From NCBI RefSeq assembly GCF_009914755.1, contig NC_060930.1: a DNA stretch of 64,000 nucleotides; one strand, written 5' to 3'. The stretch comes from the human T2T-CHM13v2.0 reference genome, Homo sapiens. Positions 13,559 through 26,459 of the stretch are shown one piece after another. Within the stretch, counting starts at the first letter, position 1, and the number at the start of each line of letters is the position of its first letter. The notes beneath the pieces are model-generated. The model saw only the letters and a list, made by a program, of their open reading frames with translations, had not been told where the DNA came from and did not search any database. The position numbers were made by a program, and so were the translations under genes.

Positions 13559-14748
13559 GTTTCTTCTTTTGTCAGGCTGTTAAGCGTGGGGAGCTGAGTT
13601 CATCTAAAAGGTATTTGATTTGGGTAGACTTTGATGCAGCTCCAGTTAGTTTTAGTTTACAATTGGTTTCAGACTTTGGAGAATCAGGACTTTTCCTTAA
13701 TCAGGGATTGAGATTCTAGCATGTCAAGACTCTTTATGCTTTACGACTTAGGTGCCAGTTTTCTGAATGATGTGAAATTTTCTCTCTCTCTCTCTCTCTC
13801 TCCCTCTCTCTCTTTCTCTCTCTCCCTCTCTCTTTCTTCTTTAAAGTCTGTAAGCCCACTTTATAGAGGCTAGGGCATTCTTGTCCTCCATCTCCATCTC
13901 TGACTTTCCAAACATTAGAAGATCTTCTGTCCTACTGACATTTCCTCGGCTTTCTGAAGGCCTTTACAAGTGTGTTGCATGACAGCTTGGAGTGCTTCAT
14001 GACTTCTAGCAATCCTGCATTACTACCCTCAGTCTTCAGCAAGATGTAGCCTTACTTGTGGAAGAAGGCCTATTTGCCTTAGGGGATGGGGGCACGCTCT
14101 CAACTCTCTCAGATTTCGTTGCATTAAAACTATTCATGCATTCACTAAAGACTCAAAAAAAGTTAATAAGTGAGTGTAAACTCCAAATGGCTTGGGCTCC
14201 TTAGGATTTCCATTAATCGATACAGGCCACATATAGCCATTGAAAGTTCATTAAAATTTAGCTGGTTGCTCCTTGCCCCAGTGCAGGTGATTTTGATGAT
14301 AGCAGTGCAAGTTTCTTCTCTTCTAGAAGAGTTCATCATTTTCTGGAGTTTAATTCATTCAGGTTCTCTTTGACCTCGGCTATCTGGTGGGTGTAAAAAA
14401 TAGTATAATGAAGTTTTTCTGGCTTGTTCTCATTACTGTTTTGTATGAGAATCAGAAGTCCAAAATCAATGTGTTCCTTTGAAGTCGATGGTGTTGCCAA
14501 GAGCCAATGGTCTGGAATTGTTCTTACATCTGAAAGCAACTTCTTTAATTTTATATTTTTCTTCTGTTTTTGATTTATCTGTCATTGATTTATGGTGATG
14601 ATAAAGTCACCTAATTTTGAAAAGACGAATTCTTTGGGAACCCAACATAAACTTTTAAGTCAAGAAAAAATGTTTGCTATTTCATATGCCTGAATAAAAG
14701 AAATGTGAAGTTTTTTAAAATCAGATGGCTCTGCCTTTGCTAGTCCAA

Positions 14749-15108
14749 CGATATGGTTTGGCTGTGTCCCCACCCAAATCTCATGTTGAATTATAGCTCC
14801 CATAATTCTCATGTGTTGTGAGAGCAATTCTGTGGGAGATAATTGAACCATGGAGTTGGTTTCCCCCATACTGTTCTCAGGGTAGTGAATAAGTCTCAGG
14901 AGATCTGATGGTTTTATAAGGGGTTTCCCTTTTCACTTGGCTCTCCTTTTCTCTCTTGTCTGCCACCATGTAAGACATGCCTTTTACCTTCTGCCATGAT
15001 TGTGAGGCCTCCCCACCCACATAGAACTGAGTCAATTAAGCCTGTTTTTCTTATAAGTTACACAGTTTTGGGTATGTCTTTATCAGCAGCAGGAAAACAG
15101 ACTAATAT
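14749..15108 (+). mobile_element. THE1B-like solo LTR
   Basis: gatatggtttggctgtgtccccacccaaatctc...aggggtttcccttttcacttggctctc...gactaata. Confidence 0.9.
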
Positions 15109-15356
15109 TCCCAGTAAGCTATGTCTTTCAGAGATGTACATTAAGCCATAACTTAGTGTTTCTATATAATAATAATTTCTATGGGTTCACATTTTTGTGT
15201 GAGTGGAAACTTGTCTTTTGATTAGGAAGGCTGGTGTGATTATGAGTACATTTCCATCCTTTGAGGTCCCTACTTCCTACTTCTCAAGGGTAGATATTTA
15301 AGAGTCTTTCCCTTACCTTCTTACCTTTCTGTGCTCTACTATCTGGACACTCTAAC

Positions 15357-15885
15357 AACAGTGTGGTGGTTAATAGCTTGGGCTCAGGAGCCTGATGGTT
15401 TTTATTTTTTATTTTTACTTTTTGTGGGAATATAGTAGGTGTATATATTTATAGGATATGCAAGCTATTTTGATACAGGCATGTAACGCATAATAGTCAC
15501 ATTGAGGGTAAATGGGTATCCATCAACTCATGCATTTATCTTTTCTTTGTGATACAAGCAATCCAATTATACTATTTTAGTTATTTAAAAATACAATAAA
15601 TTATTGTTGACTGTAGTCCCCCTGCTGTGCTATCAAGTACTAGATCATATTCATTCTATCTAACTATATTTTTGATGGTTTTGATTGGTACCTTAATCAC
15701 AGTCCATCTGTTGGGCAACTAGGTCATGGTACTTAATCTCTCTAGTCTTCAGTTTTCAAATTTATCACATGCAGAAAGTAGCACTATCTATCTCACATAG
15801 TAATTTTTAATATTAAATTGGTTGATACATAAAAACCTTTAAAATAGTGTACAGCACATAATGAGTACTTAATAAATGTTAGCTT
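15357..15885 (+). mobile_element. MIR, split by L1MA
   Basis: gtggttaatagcttgggctc...tacttaatctctct..cttcagtttt...taataaatgttagct. Confidence 0.75.
15403..15672 (-). mobile_element. L1MA (about MA1-3) 3' end, 5'-truncated
   Basis: tttttgtgggaatatagtaggtgtatatattta; 10-bp TSD tgatggtttt at 15393 and 15673. Confidence 0.9.
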
Positions 15886-15924
15886 ATATTATTTCATAGT
15901 GTTTAAAGAACAATTTCAATGGCT

Positions 15925-16110
15925 AGGTGGTGTGGAAAGCAATTTGCAAGCACCATCTCACTAAGAATCCCTAAAATCCTGGGAGACCAGTATGAACACA
16001 GCCACTATGCTGATGAGGAAGCTCAGACTCAGGTGGCACGATTTATAAGGTAAAACCAGAGACAAACCCAGTTCTGTTTGATTCCAGAGCCACGGTCTTA
16101 ACCACTACCT
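15925..16110 (-). mobile_element. MIR fragment
   Basis: gatgaggaagctcagactcag...tgattccagagcc..tcttaaccactac. Confidence 0.65.
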
Positions 16111-16359
16111 TGATAACTTTCATTTCCAGTGGCATTTCCCATGAAAATTTTTCCAGCATTCACTTGCATAAAATGTTCCAAGGATTTAATTTCTCAGTAG
16201 AATAATTGCAAAGGAATGCAGAAGTTCTTGATTCTAAGACCACATATCACTATGGTTATCAGTAAGCTTACAATGTTCCCTTTTAATCAACACCATCAAA
16301 GGCTATAGGAACATACCAGAGACATGCTCAATGCCAAGTAACTCAACCCTAACAATCAC

Positions 16360-16975
16360 AATAGCTGATATTTATTGATAACTTACAATGTGCCTAAAAA
16401 AACTACGCTAAATAATTTAAATTTATCGTCTCAGTCACTATTTGGAAAAATTCTGTTGTAAAAAAGGTATTTGTGCCCTTAACTACAGCTGAGGACACTG
16501 AGGCTTAATTGAGGTTTAATTACTTGTCCGGTGTTATGGTTTGCATGTGTTGGAAACTTAATCCCCAAAGCAACAGGAAGGTGGGGCCTAATAAGAGGTG
16601 ATTAAATCATGATGGTGGAGTCCTCGTGAATGAATTGATGTTCTTATCTTGGGAGCAGGTTAGTTATTGACAGACTGGGTTGATATAAAGCAAACTTGGC
16701 CTCTGGTGCCTCTCTGACTGGTGCACCTGCTTCTACCTTACATCTTCTGCCTTGAGATGATTCTTTCCAGACACCAGCATTATGCCTTTGGATGTTCCAG
16801 CCTCCAGTATTGTGAGAAATAAATTTTTCTTCTTTATAAATTACCCAGCCTCTAGTATTCTGTTATACCAGCAAAAAATGGACTAAGACACCCAGGGTGA
16901 TACAATTTGTAAGAAATAGAGCTAAGAATTTCTTCCTGGTCTTCTTGACTCCAGGGTCCATATTTCTAATGACTT
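16360..16975 (-). mobile_element. MIR, split by MST LTR
   Basis: tacagctgaggacactgaggctt...acttg | ...tgactccagggtccat. Confidence 0.7.
16532..16890 (+). mobile_element. MSTC-like MaLR solo LTR
   Basis: tgttatggtttg...tgttggaaacttaatcccca...ggactaagaca. Confidence 0.85.
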
Positions 16976-16979
16976 CATG

Positions 16980-17441
16980 CAGAGAGACTGACTGCTCTAG
17001 TTTGCTTGGGACCAAAGGTTTTCCCAGGATGTGAGACTTTTAGTGCTAAAACTGGAACAGATTTAGGGAAACCACCATGCTGGGTGTCTTAGTCCATTTT
17101 GCATTGCTATAACAGAATATCTGAAATTGTATAAAGAACTGAGATTTATTTCTTACAGTCCTGGAGACTGGGAAGTCTAAGGTTGAGGAGCGCACATCTG
17201 GCAAGGGCATTCTTGCTGCATCATCCCATGGCAGAAGGCAGAAGGGCAAGAGGGCACACAAGAGAGAGTGTGTGGAAGAGAGCCAAACTTATCCATTTAT
17301 CGGGAATCTGCTTTTGTGGTAACTAATCTACTTCCACGATAAAGTCATTAATCTATTAGTGAGGGCAGAGCCCTCTGAAGATTAATTTCCAACACACAAA
17401 TTGTGAGGGACACATTCAAACAGTAGCAGTGGGCCACCTTA
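16980..17441 (-). mobile_element. MER81 (hAT-Blackjack), right TIR split by MSTD
   Basis: gtttgcttgggacc..ggttttcccagga..gacttttagtgctaaaactgg; final ggccacctta follows the LTR. Confidence 0.7.
17085..17428 (-). mobile_element. MSTD-like MaLR solo LTR
   Basis: tgtcttagtccatttt..tgctataacagaata...ggacacattcaaac.tagca. Confidence 0.85.
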
Positions 17442-18509
17442 CAATTCTGGCTGTTGTTTCCTGTGAATGCTGTTCAAAATTACTTGTATAAGGACCTTGG
17501 GGTTGGAAGGGTAATAGTATAGGAAATGGGGATGATCCTGTTTTAGAATACAATAGCATTCAGGACATCCTTAAGGTCTTCATGATCTTCTGGACTCTTA
17601 ACACCTTCATTACCTTTCTTAACACCTTCCTTCTTGAGGCTGTTAAAGAAACTAGCATACCTCAAGAGATTAAAAAAGCCTGTGGACTCTGGAAAATCTA
17701 GAAAAAAACTGTAGGATGTACTACATTCCATTAGTTTCTGAATTTTTCATGGCATAAAGACTTTTCTATATTACAGACATTTGTACTTCAATATTAGAAT
17801 AGAAAACCAAGTTATATTAAGGGGAATTTTACCTTTTTTCAGGCAGAAGAAACAAGAAGTTAAGAGTCAGGTGTGCCTCAGCAGTAGGTGTACAAGGAAA
17901 GACAGAGTAATCTATGGGAGTCAGTAAGTAGATAGATTTTAAGAGATTGCTCTACAAGAGGCTTTTATTTGCTATTCTGAAAAATATAAAAGAAAACTTA
18001 CCAGATCAATGACTTAGTGAGGCCATTAGGGAATCAGCAATTGCCAATTCTGCTGAATAAAAGCTGTTTAAGTAGACAGACAGGTGGGCGCCCTTACGGG
18101 GTCTTAGGACAAAGAGTGTGAGGATGGAAAATTAATGAAGCCTCTCAATGCTCAGAAATAGAGTTCTAAGTAGAGCTCTGCTCTCAAGGCCAGAGGAGAA
18201 AGAACTGTGAATTCTTACAGCTGATTTGCAATCATAATCTGATCAGATAATGCATGAAAGGAATTCCAAGGGGATGATGAAGCAAAATTTTTTCCTTTCT
18301 AGATGGCTTCACCTCCCTCCTTCCTATAATTTTTTAAAGTAACTATTTACCAAAAGGGTATTACATTTTAGGGGGAGGAATTTTTGGAATACTTTTGTGT
18401 TCTGTTAATGCTGATTTTAGGGAAGAGTGCTTTGTTTCTTTTAATTTTTGTTTTGTTTTGATGAGTGAGCAAAACTCCTAAATTTCTAGATATTTTGAGA
18501 AGGCTGACA

Positions 18510-18735
18510 TAATAATCATAATCAAAGCATTTTATTGGGTGCTTGTTCTGTGGCAGAAACAGTATTAATCCATTTTTAATGGTATTTTAGGTAATCCTCA
18601 TAATTACCTTCAAGTTTTCTCACATTTTATTGATGGCAAAGCAGTTACACAGCACTTATGTCACTTGTTCATGATCTCACACCTAATAGGTGTCACAGAA
18701 AGGATATGAATATTTATGTGCCTGTTTCCAAAAAA
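18510..18735 (-). mobile_element. MIR
   Basis: catttattgggtgctt...taatcctcataatt...cattttattgatg..tcacttg. Confidence 0.6.
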
Positions 18736-18997
18736 AATCTCTGACACTTCCTGAATGAATATCTGGGTCATAACACTAACTAAACCACCAAGAAATAGAG
18801 ATAATACACGAGGAAGAAGGGAATTTGGAATTGTTATTAGAGGAAAAAAATGATGAATACCAGTTGTGATTTTGAAAACAACTGTAGTTTGTCCTAACAT
18901 CCCTTTTCTGAATATCCCCTTAGGAGTAAAGGCCTCCAAAGTCTGAACGAAGAGCTCATGAATATGGGGAAGTGGGTCTGCATGATGCAAAGAGGAC

Positions 18998-19523
18998 TGT
19001 GGCTGCCAGAAAGATGCTCTGCTAGGATCTTCTATCCAGAAAGAATTTACTATTTAGCTCCAAGGACTGCAGTTAGCTGACAACTTTTAGCTGTGAGTGC
19101 TTTAAAGATCTACTTCAGTTTTTAAGCTGAAGTTAGGCTTCTCCTTCACAATGCCCCCAGCCAGTTATTGACTGTGAAAAGATACTAGGGTATGGATAAA
19201 TATCAAAAGAATAGACTCCTCTCTGGGTGATCTTTATTCTGGAGCTCCATTAGATTGGCCAGACTTTGTCAAATTTCTACTGTGGTCTGAAGCTCTCCTT
19301 GAAAAATCCTGCTTCCTCTTCTTTTTCCTTCCATAGGTATCAAATCTGTATTATTTTCTGTGGCCTTTCCCTGCCCAATTCTGCTTCTCCCTCAGTTTAC
19401 ATTTCAGTCATTATCCCTTCCTCAATTTATATTTCATAGTCATTATCCCCTTCCTTCCACACAATAATCTTCTTGTACTCCTATCATTGCCTCAGCCTCT
19501 GCTTCCCAGAACACCCAAGTGAC
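18998..19523 (+). mobile_element. LTR16A-like ERVL LTR
   Basis: gcagttagctgaca, cccccagcca, ctttattctggagctcc, ctcagcctctgcttcccaga..ccaagtgaca; preceded by PPT-like aaagaggac. Confidence 0.7.
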
Positions 19524-19529
19524 ACAAAC

Positions 19530-20800
19530 TCCCTACCCCAGTTATTACCACAGTTGAGCATTCAATCTGACAGCCACAGAAATCAATATTCAACACTGGA
19601 TATAGTTCTATCCCTTGTGGAGACCAAGCAGCCATTTGGTCTGAAGTTGATTATGTTAGCCATCTTCTGTCTTCGAAGATGCAGTGATTCATCTTGACTG
19701 GAATTGATTCACATTTTCAATACGGATTTGGCTTTCCTGCCTGCAAGGACTTAGCCAGTGCCAATATTCAAGGGATTTCATAGTGCTTGATTCACCAGTA
19801 TGTGATCCCACATAGCATCTCCCTGAATCAAGGGACCCACATTACAGCAAAGTTGCTATGTCAATATGTACATAATCATGAGGGTCACTGGGCCAGATGA
19901 TAGTGCATCATTCAGAAGCTGCTGGAATAAGAGAGAAATTGATTAGTCTATTGGAGGTGCAGATGAAGAACCAGCTTGGACATTAGATTCTGCAAAACTG
20001 GGGTAACACTTTTTGGGATGTAGAAATATCAGTATATCGTTCTGTGTCTCTAATAATAGAATAAATGGGTCTCCAAAAAGGGGACAGAAGTTGGCATAAC
20101 CTTGCTTATCATCACCTTAGTGACCCACTTAGGTAATTTGTGCTTCTTCTTCCCATAATTCTAGACTCTCTAGTCTATAAATTCTTGTTTATAGAGGGGA
20201 AATGCATCTAATTTGGGACATAGTGAGACTCCCATTAAACTTTAAGCGATGACTCCTGCTCCTTCAGATTTCTTCTTCCAATAGACAATCAGGCAAGGAA
20301 AGGAGTTATCCTGGCAGGGGTAATTGATTCTGATCATCAAGATATGCTAGGGATGCTATTACACAATTTGGGCAGGGAGGAATATGCTTGGTATCCAGGT
20401 GATCTCTTGGAGCTTTTCTGGGTACTTCTTTGTCCGATATTGATAATCAATGAACAAGTGCAGCAGCCAGTGCATGAGAATGGCAAGATGACCAGGGATA
20501 AAGGTCTATATCATCTTACTCCAGTGCATCATAATCACGATGCCTAGACCAGTAGAGATGCTGGCTGAGGGTGACTGTAATCTGGAATGGGTGGAAAATT
20601 GAAGAGATGATAAGCATTAGTTGTGACCTCGAGACTAGCTACAGCAATGTTTCTTTTTATTAACCTTCCACTTCTAATTTTCCCCATGAAAAGAGATCAA
20701 TCAGAATCCCAGAACAGCTGTGTTCTAGATGAAGCAAATTTGATATCACATTGTTTAACTTAATAACACATCGTTCCAAGCAGGTCAAATGGTGAACTGT
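19530..20800 (+). pseudogene. ERVL internal remnant: integrase core then dUTPase-like region
   Basis: Translates IPCGDQAAIWSEVDYV..FILTGIDS..YGFGFPA..CLIHQYVIPHSISLNQGTHITAK and LAGVIDSDHQ..LLHNLGREEYAWYPGD; contains stops. Confidence 0.9.
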
Positions 20801-20809
20801 ATTGCGTAT

Positions 20810-21070
20810 TGTAGTGTGTTAGAACCATATATTCCCCTAGCCCAGCTTCTAAGAGTTTTGACTGCTGAGGGCTGGGAGCTGAGGTCTTCCTTAGGAACTT
20901 GGTTTGGCCAAAGGAAGCTGCTTTGCCCATAGTTACTTCTCCTATAATGAAAAAGGGGAAAAGTGCAACAAAAAGCTGTATTATTCGCACTGCTTTGCCT
21001 CATCCTCAAGTTTGGTGGAACTCTGCCAGCCACCAACACCTGGTAAATTACATCTCTTGAGCTTATTTGA
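20810..21070 (+). mobile_element. LTR16B/E-like partial LTR
   Basis: cccagcttct..tgactgctga..ggccaaaggaagctgctttgccca; directly follows the ERVL internal 3' end. Confidence 0.5.
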
Positions 21071-21202
21071 GCTACATTCATCTTCTGAAATGAATTGTGT
21101 TTCCATAGGCATGATTGTTTTAATAAAAGGAAATAACAGAATAATGTTAGGGATTCACTTAGCAAATACAATTAGCTAGAAACATAACAGAAATTATCAT
21201 TG

Positions 21203-21590
21203 AGAGCTGAAACTAGGGTGAGGTGAGTGAGGCACTTCCCTCAGGTGTAAGATTCAAGAGAATCTCAGAAAACTCAAGGTGGGTAATATTTAATGCAATT
21301 TCACTAAGAGTAGATTCTAAGTGTCTTCACAACAGAAAATAAGTATGCATATGTTAATTAGGTAAATTTAGCTATTATACAATGTATACATATTTTACTA
21401 TATTTGAAATATGTATATATTATTCCTCATGTTATACATAATAAATATAAAATGTGTCAAAAATAAGTTGAAAATTAAAAATAATGCAAAACAACCATGA
21501 TAAATGAAATATCAAAAATTTTTTTAAAAGATCACTACTCATGCTTTTTTGTTTAGCATTTAACTCTAGCATGTCTTGGCACAGCACTGT
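21203..21590 (+). mobile_element. MER96B-like hAT element split by an L1MA tail
   Basis: aactagggtgaggtgagtgaggcact start; ttggcacagcactg end. Confidence 0.75.
21298..21470 (+). mobile_element. L1MA (about MA8-10) extreme 3' end
   Basis: ctaagagtagattctaagtgt...tatgttaattag...acaatgtatacata. Confidence 0.7.
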
Positions 21591-22921
21591 TGCCATGCCA
21601 AGACAATATTAGGTTGTCTTGTTCACATTTTGGAGGGGCTTATTTTGTAAGGTCATTAGGATGATATTTAGAGGCTGGGAAGGGGAGTAATTTGTGAAAT
21701 GAATCCCGTGATTGGAAAGACATAACATGCCACCTAAAGGTTCATTACTTATCACCTCATTGGGGTTGGAGAAACAGTTTTTGAGAATATTTTAGACACA
21801 ACTTTTATTTTAGCAGAACATTGGACTACATGAATTCTTCCTACTTTCAAAGTGCATGACTTTTTAAAGCATGTATCATTTATTCTGTTATATTCAAAAT
21901 TAAAAAAATTTAAATAAAATGTTTTAATCAGATTGTTGTTTTAGTATACAGACACTTTTCCTCAGGGAAAAGACATTGTTAGGTTATTATTATCCAAAAT
22001 GATAAAGGCAGCAAGTCATTTTTTATTCAAATACTAATCTGATGAAGGTTTAGAAGGTTCAGAGCAATAGAAAACAGAATATTCAAAATAAATACATTCT
22101 GGGGTCATAATGTAAGTGTTTTATTTGTGGTATCTATCTTATTAATAAATTAAAACTGATTCTTACATGAATCAAATAATTTAAAAGGATGCAAGTAATT
22201 CACTGAGCAAAACTCTGCTTCAGGTCAGATTTTCAGTCTTTGCAAAATCCCGAAAATGTGATTTCTATGTTCATTACACTAAAACAAAGAAAACCCATTA
22301 AAATAATGTTGCACTGACAAATTAAAGTTTGTATTTTAATTTTCCCTGATACCGTTAACATTGTAGATTATTAAAACTAAAATACTTTTAGAAATCCAAT
22401 TTATTTTCATTCTTTAAGGTCATTTTATTTTTTTGTATTCTTCTCAGGTTGGGAACTGAATGAAGGCTGGTTTTTCTTTTTTGTTTTAAGCCTATTTATT
22501 TTCTGGTCTTCATGCAGTATAATTGTTTTATAAACAAAGTTGGAAAAGAGTTTAAATGAACATTTCCATAATAATGTTTAAAAATGTTCAGGAACATTTT
22601 TTTTCAAATTGTTCTAAAAAATATTCACTGAGTTCTTCCATTAATTTGCCTAAAAATTACAATAAAATAACAATAAATAATATTTATGACTATGAGCCAC
22701 CTGAAGTTTGAAATATAATAAACTCTCACTGTCAAAGAGAAATGTCAGCTTTAAAATAGTAATGACTTGTAAAGTGAGAGGCCATGCATGTAATGGTATT
22801 TAAAGATCTTAGGTGACTCATATTTCTAATTATTCATAAAAACATTCATGTTGTGATGTGGAATATTTTTGGGGGCATTAAAAGTAATATTAAAGCAAAT
22901 TACATAATATAGAAAAGTATA

Positions 22922-23214
<293 letters not shown>

Positions 23215-23284
<70 letters not shown>
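23215..23284. repeat. Compound (TA)n(GA)n microsatellite at Alu tail
   Basis: Directly visible. Confidence 0.95.
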
Positions 23285-23287
<3 letters not shown>

Positions 23288-23399
23288 AATAATACATAAC
23301 AAATTTACTTATATATATTTCCATATATGAAAACTGCAAACATTTTGTTGTGTTTTCTCCAGGATATATTTCTATTTTTCTCAGTACTCGAAATATAGT

Positions 23400-24290
23400 T
23401 ACTAATCAGCCGTTTTTTACTTAACATTATATGCCATTAACATTTTCCAATATCATTAAGAATTCTTCCAAAATGTTTTTATTAATTGCATGTTATTGTG
23501 AAGCATAAACAAAATACAAAATAGTATTTTCCCCTCATTCCTGTGCTTACAGCATTTCTATTGTCTTGCTTCACATTTTTGTTATTAATATAAACATTGA
23601 AATGAACATCATCAATTTGAAACTTTTCATGTATTCATCATTAATTTATTCATATACTTTTCTAGAAGTTGAACTGCTGAGTAAAGAGGATTAAATATTT
23701 TCCAGATTTAACACACATTGGTAAACTGTTTTCTAGGAATGATGGACCAATTCACATTCCAAATAACAATAAAAAGCAATGATCAATTTAGACTTGAGAC
23801 CATTGCACTTGGTCTTTTGAGTATTCATTAAAAATTCTATAGGTGAAAAATTGCAACTTCTTGTTTTAAATTACATTTATGTAATTACTAGTTAGCTTAA
23901 GTTTAAAACAAATGTATTCATTAAATCATTTCTTTTTCAGTGAGTTTTACACTAATGTTCTTTCTCCATTTTTTGTATATTGTATTGTTTTTCTTTGTAA
24001 ATTAAAAATATTAACTATCTGTTGTATTAATTGAAAATATTTTTCTTAGTTTTTTAATTAGCTTTTAAACATTTTATGTGTGTGTATTGTAGTTTTTACG
24101 TATTTATGTGCTTTTCTCTCTTTTTTAGAAGGTTTATTTTTAATAATTAGGAAATGTTTTCTAGTTCAGAGATGAGATAATTATTTTACTAACCTAGTAT
24201 CTTCTAATTTCTCCTTGCTTTTCCTTTATGATTTCTCTCTCTAAACTTAGTCCAACTTTCTGGAGTTTATTTCAGTGTTTGGATCGAGAA
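23400..24290 (-). mobile_element. Degraded L1ME 3' region
   Basis: ttctagaagttgaactgctgagtaaagagg, accaattcacattcc, cttgttttaaattacattt. Confidence 0.6.
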
Positions 24291-24411
24291 AGAAACTTTT
24301 AGTTAAAAAATACAATTTTAAAAAAATTAAAATAAGAAATGAAAAGTTTAATCTCCCTTTTCACTACTTCCTGCCTCCAGTTTCCATGCAAAGAAGTAAC
24401 CTTAATATATA

Positions 24412-24950
24412 TTTATTCATTTACTATTTCATGTATTCATTTTAGATTACTCATCCATTTGGCAAAGATTTTAGAGGTCCTACTATGTATCAGCCACTAT
24501 TGCAAATACCAGAGATAAAGGTGAACTGCCTTCACAGAACCCTCCTTGTAACAGAGTGAAGCAGAGAAGATTAAGAGTTAAATACACGAATAAATGCAAT
24601 AATTTCAGAGAGTGATCAATGTTATGAAGAGGGGGAAAACACATTAATGGTATAAAGAGCAATGTGGAGGGGCACTGAGGGAAAATTTCATTTCTCATCT
24701 CTTGCATTTTACTTCTTATTTTATATAGGTGATTAAAAAATCTTTCTGAGGAGGCGACATTTAACTTAAGATGTAGAGGAAGAGGCATCAGCTATGGAAA
24801 ATTTGGGTAAAGTAGTTCCAAGCAGAGGGAGGAGTAAATATAAAGGCGCTGAGGTAGAACCAGATTGATATATTTGAAGAACAGAAAAAGAAGGGCCAGA
24901 AGCACTGAGGTTTAAGGGGGGAAAAAGGCACCCCAGTAAGGGCAGAGGTA
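24412..24950 (-). mobile_element. L2 3' fragment
   Basis: attcatt repeats, cctactatgtatcag, ctttctgaggaggcgacattt, ttccaagcagaggga. Confidence 0.8.
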
Positions 24951-25074
24951 ATTTCCCTAGAGATTGCCTCATGGACTATTTCTACAATCCATTTCTCAGA
25001 TTTTGAATCAATTCTCTACATGTGTATTTGGGGCTAATGTTTTAATTCCTGCAGCATTTGAATGCTTGGGGAGT

Positions 25075-25330
25075 GTATGTAGCATGGATTACTGCTAGAG
25101 GTATTTGAGGGCTGACAGACTTGGGTCCAAACGTCTATACTGTCACTTACTAAATGTGTAATCTTGGGCAAGATACACAGCCCCTTTAAGACCTGAAGCT
25201 TCCTCAGCTGTAAAAGGAGAAATAAAAATTCCAACCTTACAGAATTGTTTGAAAAATTAAGTAAGATAGCATTTGTAATAGATTAGCTTGGCAGCAATAG
25301 TAAGCCAAAAAAGTTACAATTTGGTAGGAA
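25075..25330 (+). mobile_element. MIR
   Basis: cagacttgggtccaaa..cacttact..tgtgtaatcttgggcaag...ttcctcagctgtaaaa. Confidence 0.8.
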
Positions 25331-25509
25331 AATACCTTTTATTATTATTCTACAATTATTCTTTCAGATCTGCTTTAGAATGTCTAAGATATCCTAAAAT
25401 AATTCTTTGGGGATTTAAAATATTTAGATTTTTTTCACACCTGTAGGTTAACTAAAGGAGTATTGACATCTTATTATTCCCACCTGGAAACATTCAGTCA
25501 TTTAAATGG

Positions 25510-26456
25510 AAGAAAAGTTTTGCAATCTACCCATCTGACAAAGGTCTAATATCCAGAATCTACAAGGAACTTAAACAAATTTACAAGAAAAAGACAAATA
25601 ACCCCATCAAAAAGTGGGCAAAGGATATGAACAGATACTTCTCAAAAGAAGACATTTATGTGGCCAACAAACGTGAAAAAAATCTCAACATCACTGACCA
25701 TTAGGGAAATGCAAATCAAAACCACAATGAGATAGCACCTCACTCCAGTAAGAATGGCGATTATTAAAAAGTCAAGAAACAATAGATACTGGCAAGACTG
25801 TGGAGAAATAGGCATGATTTTACACTGTTGGTGGGAATGTAAAAAAATCTACAACCAGAGATAACATTTGACCCAGTAATCCCATTACTGGGCATATACC
25901 CAAAGAACTCTAAATCATTCTACTGTAAAGACACATGCACATGTATGTTTATGCAACACTCTTTACAGTAGCAAAGACATGGAATCAACCCAAATGCCCA
26001 TCAATAATAGACTGGATAAAGAAAATGTGGTACATATACACCATGGATACACCATGGAATACTATACAGCCAAAAAAAGGAATGAGATCATGTCCTTTGC
26101 AGGGACATGGATGAAGCTGGAAGTCATCATAACCAGCAAACTAACACAGGAACAGAAAACCAAACACCACATGTTATCACTCATAAGTGGGAGCTGAACA
26201 ATGAGAAGACATGGACACTGTGTGGGGAAAACACATACCAGGGCCTGTTGGGGGTTGGAGACAAGGGGAAGGAGAGCATTAGGACAAATACCTAATGTAT
26301 GCATGGCTTAAAACTTAGATGACAGGTTGATAGGTGCAGCAAACCACCATGGCACATGTATATCTAGGTAACAAACCTGCATATTCTGCACATGTATCCT
26401 GGAACTGAAAATAAAATAAAAATAAAAATAATAAAATAAAATAAAATAAAATAAAT
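25510..26456 (+). mobile_element. L1PA (about PA8-10) 3' end with (AAAAT)n tail
   Basis: ORF2 C-terminal and 3'UTR text; small deletion near 25845; 11-bp duplication tacaccatgga near 26037. Confidence 0.95.
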
Positions 26457-26459
26457 ATC

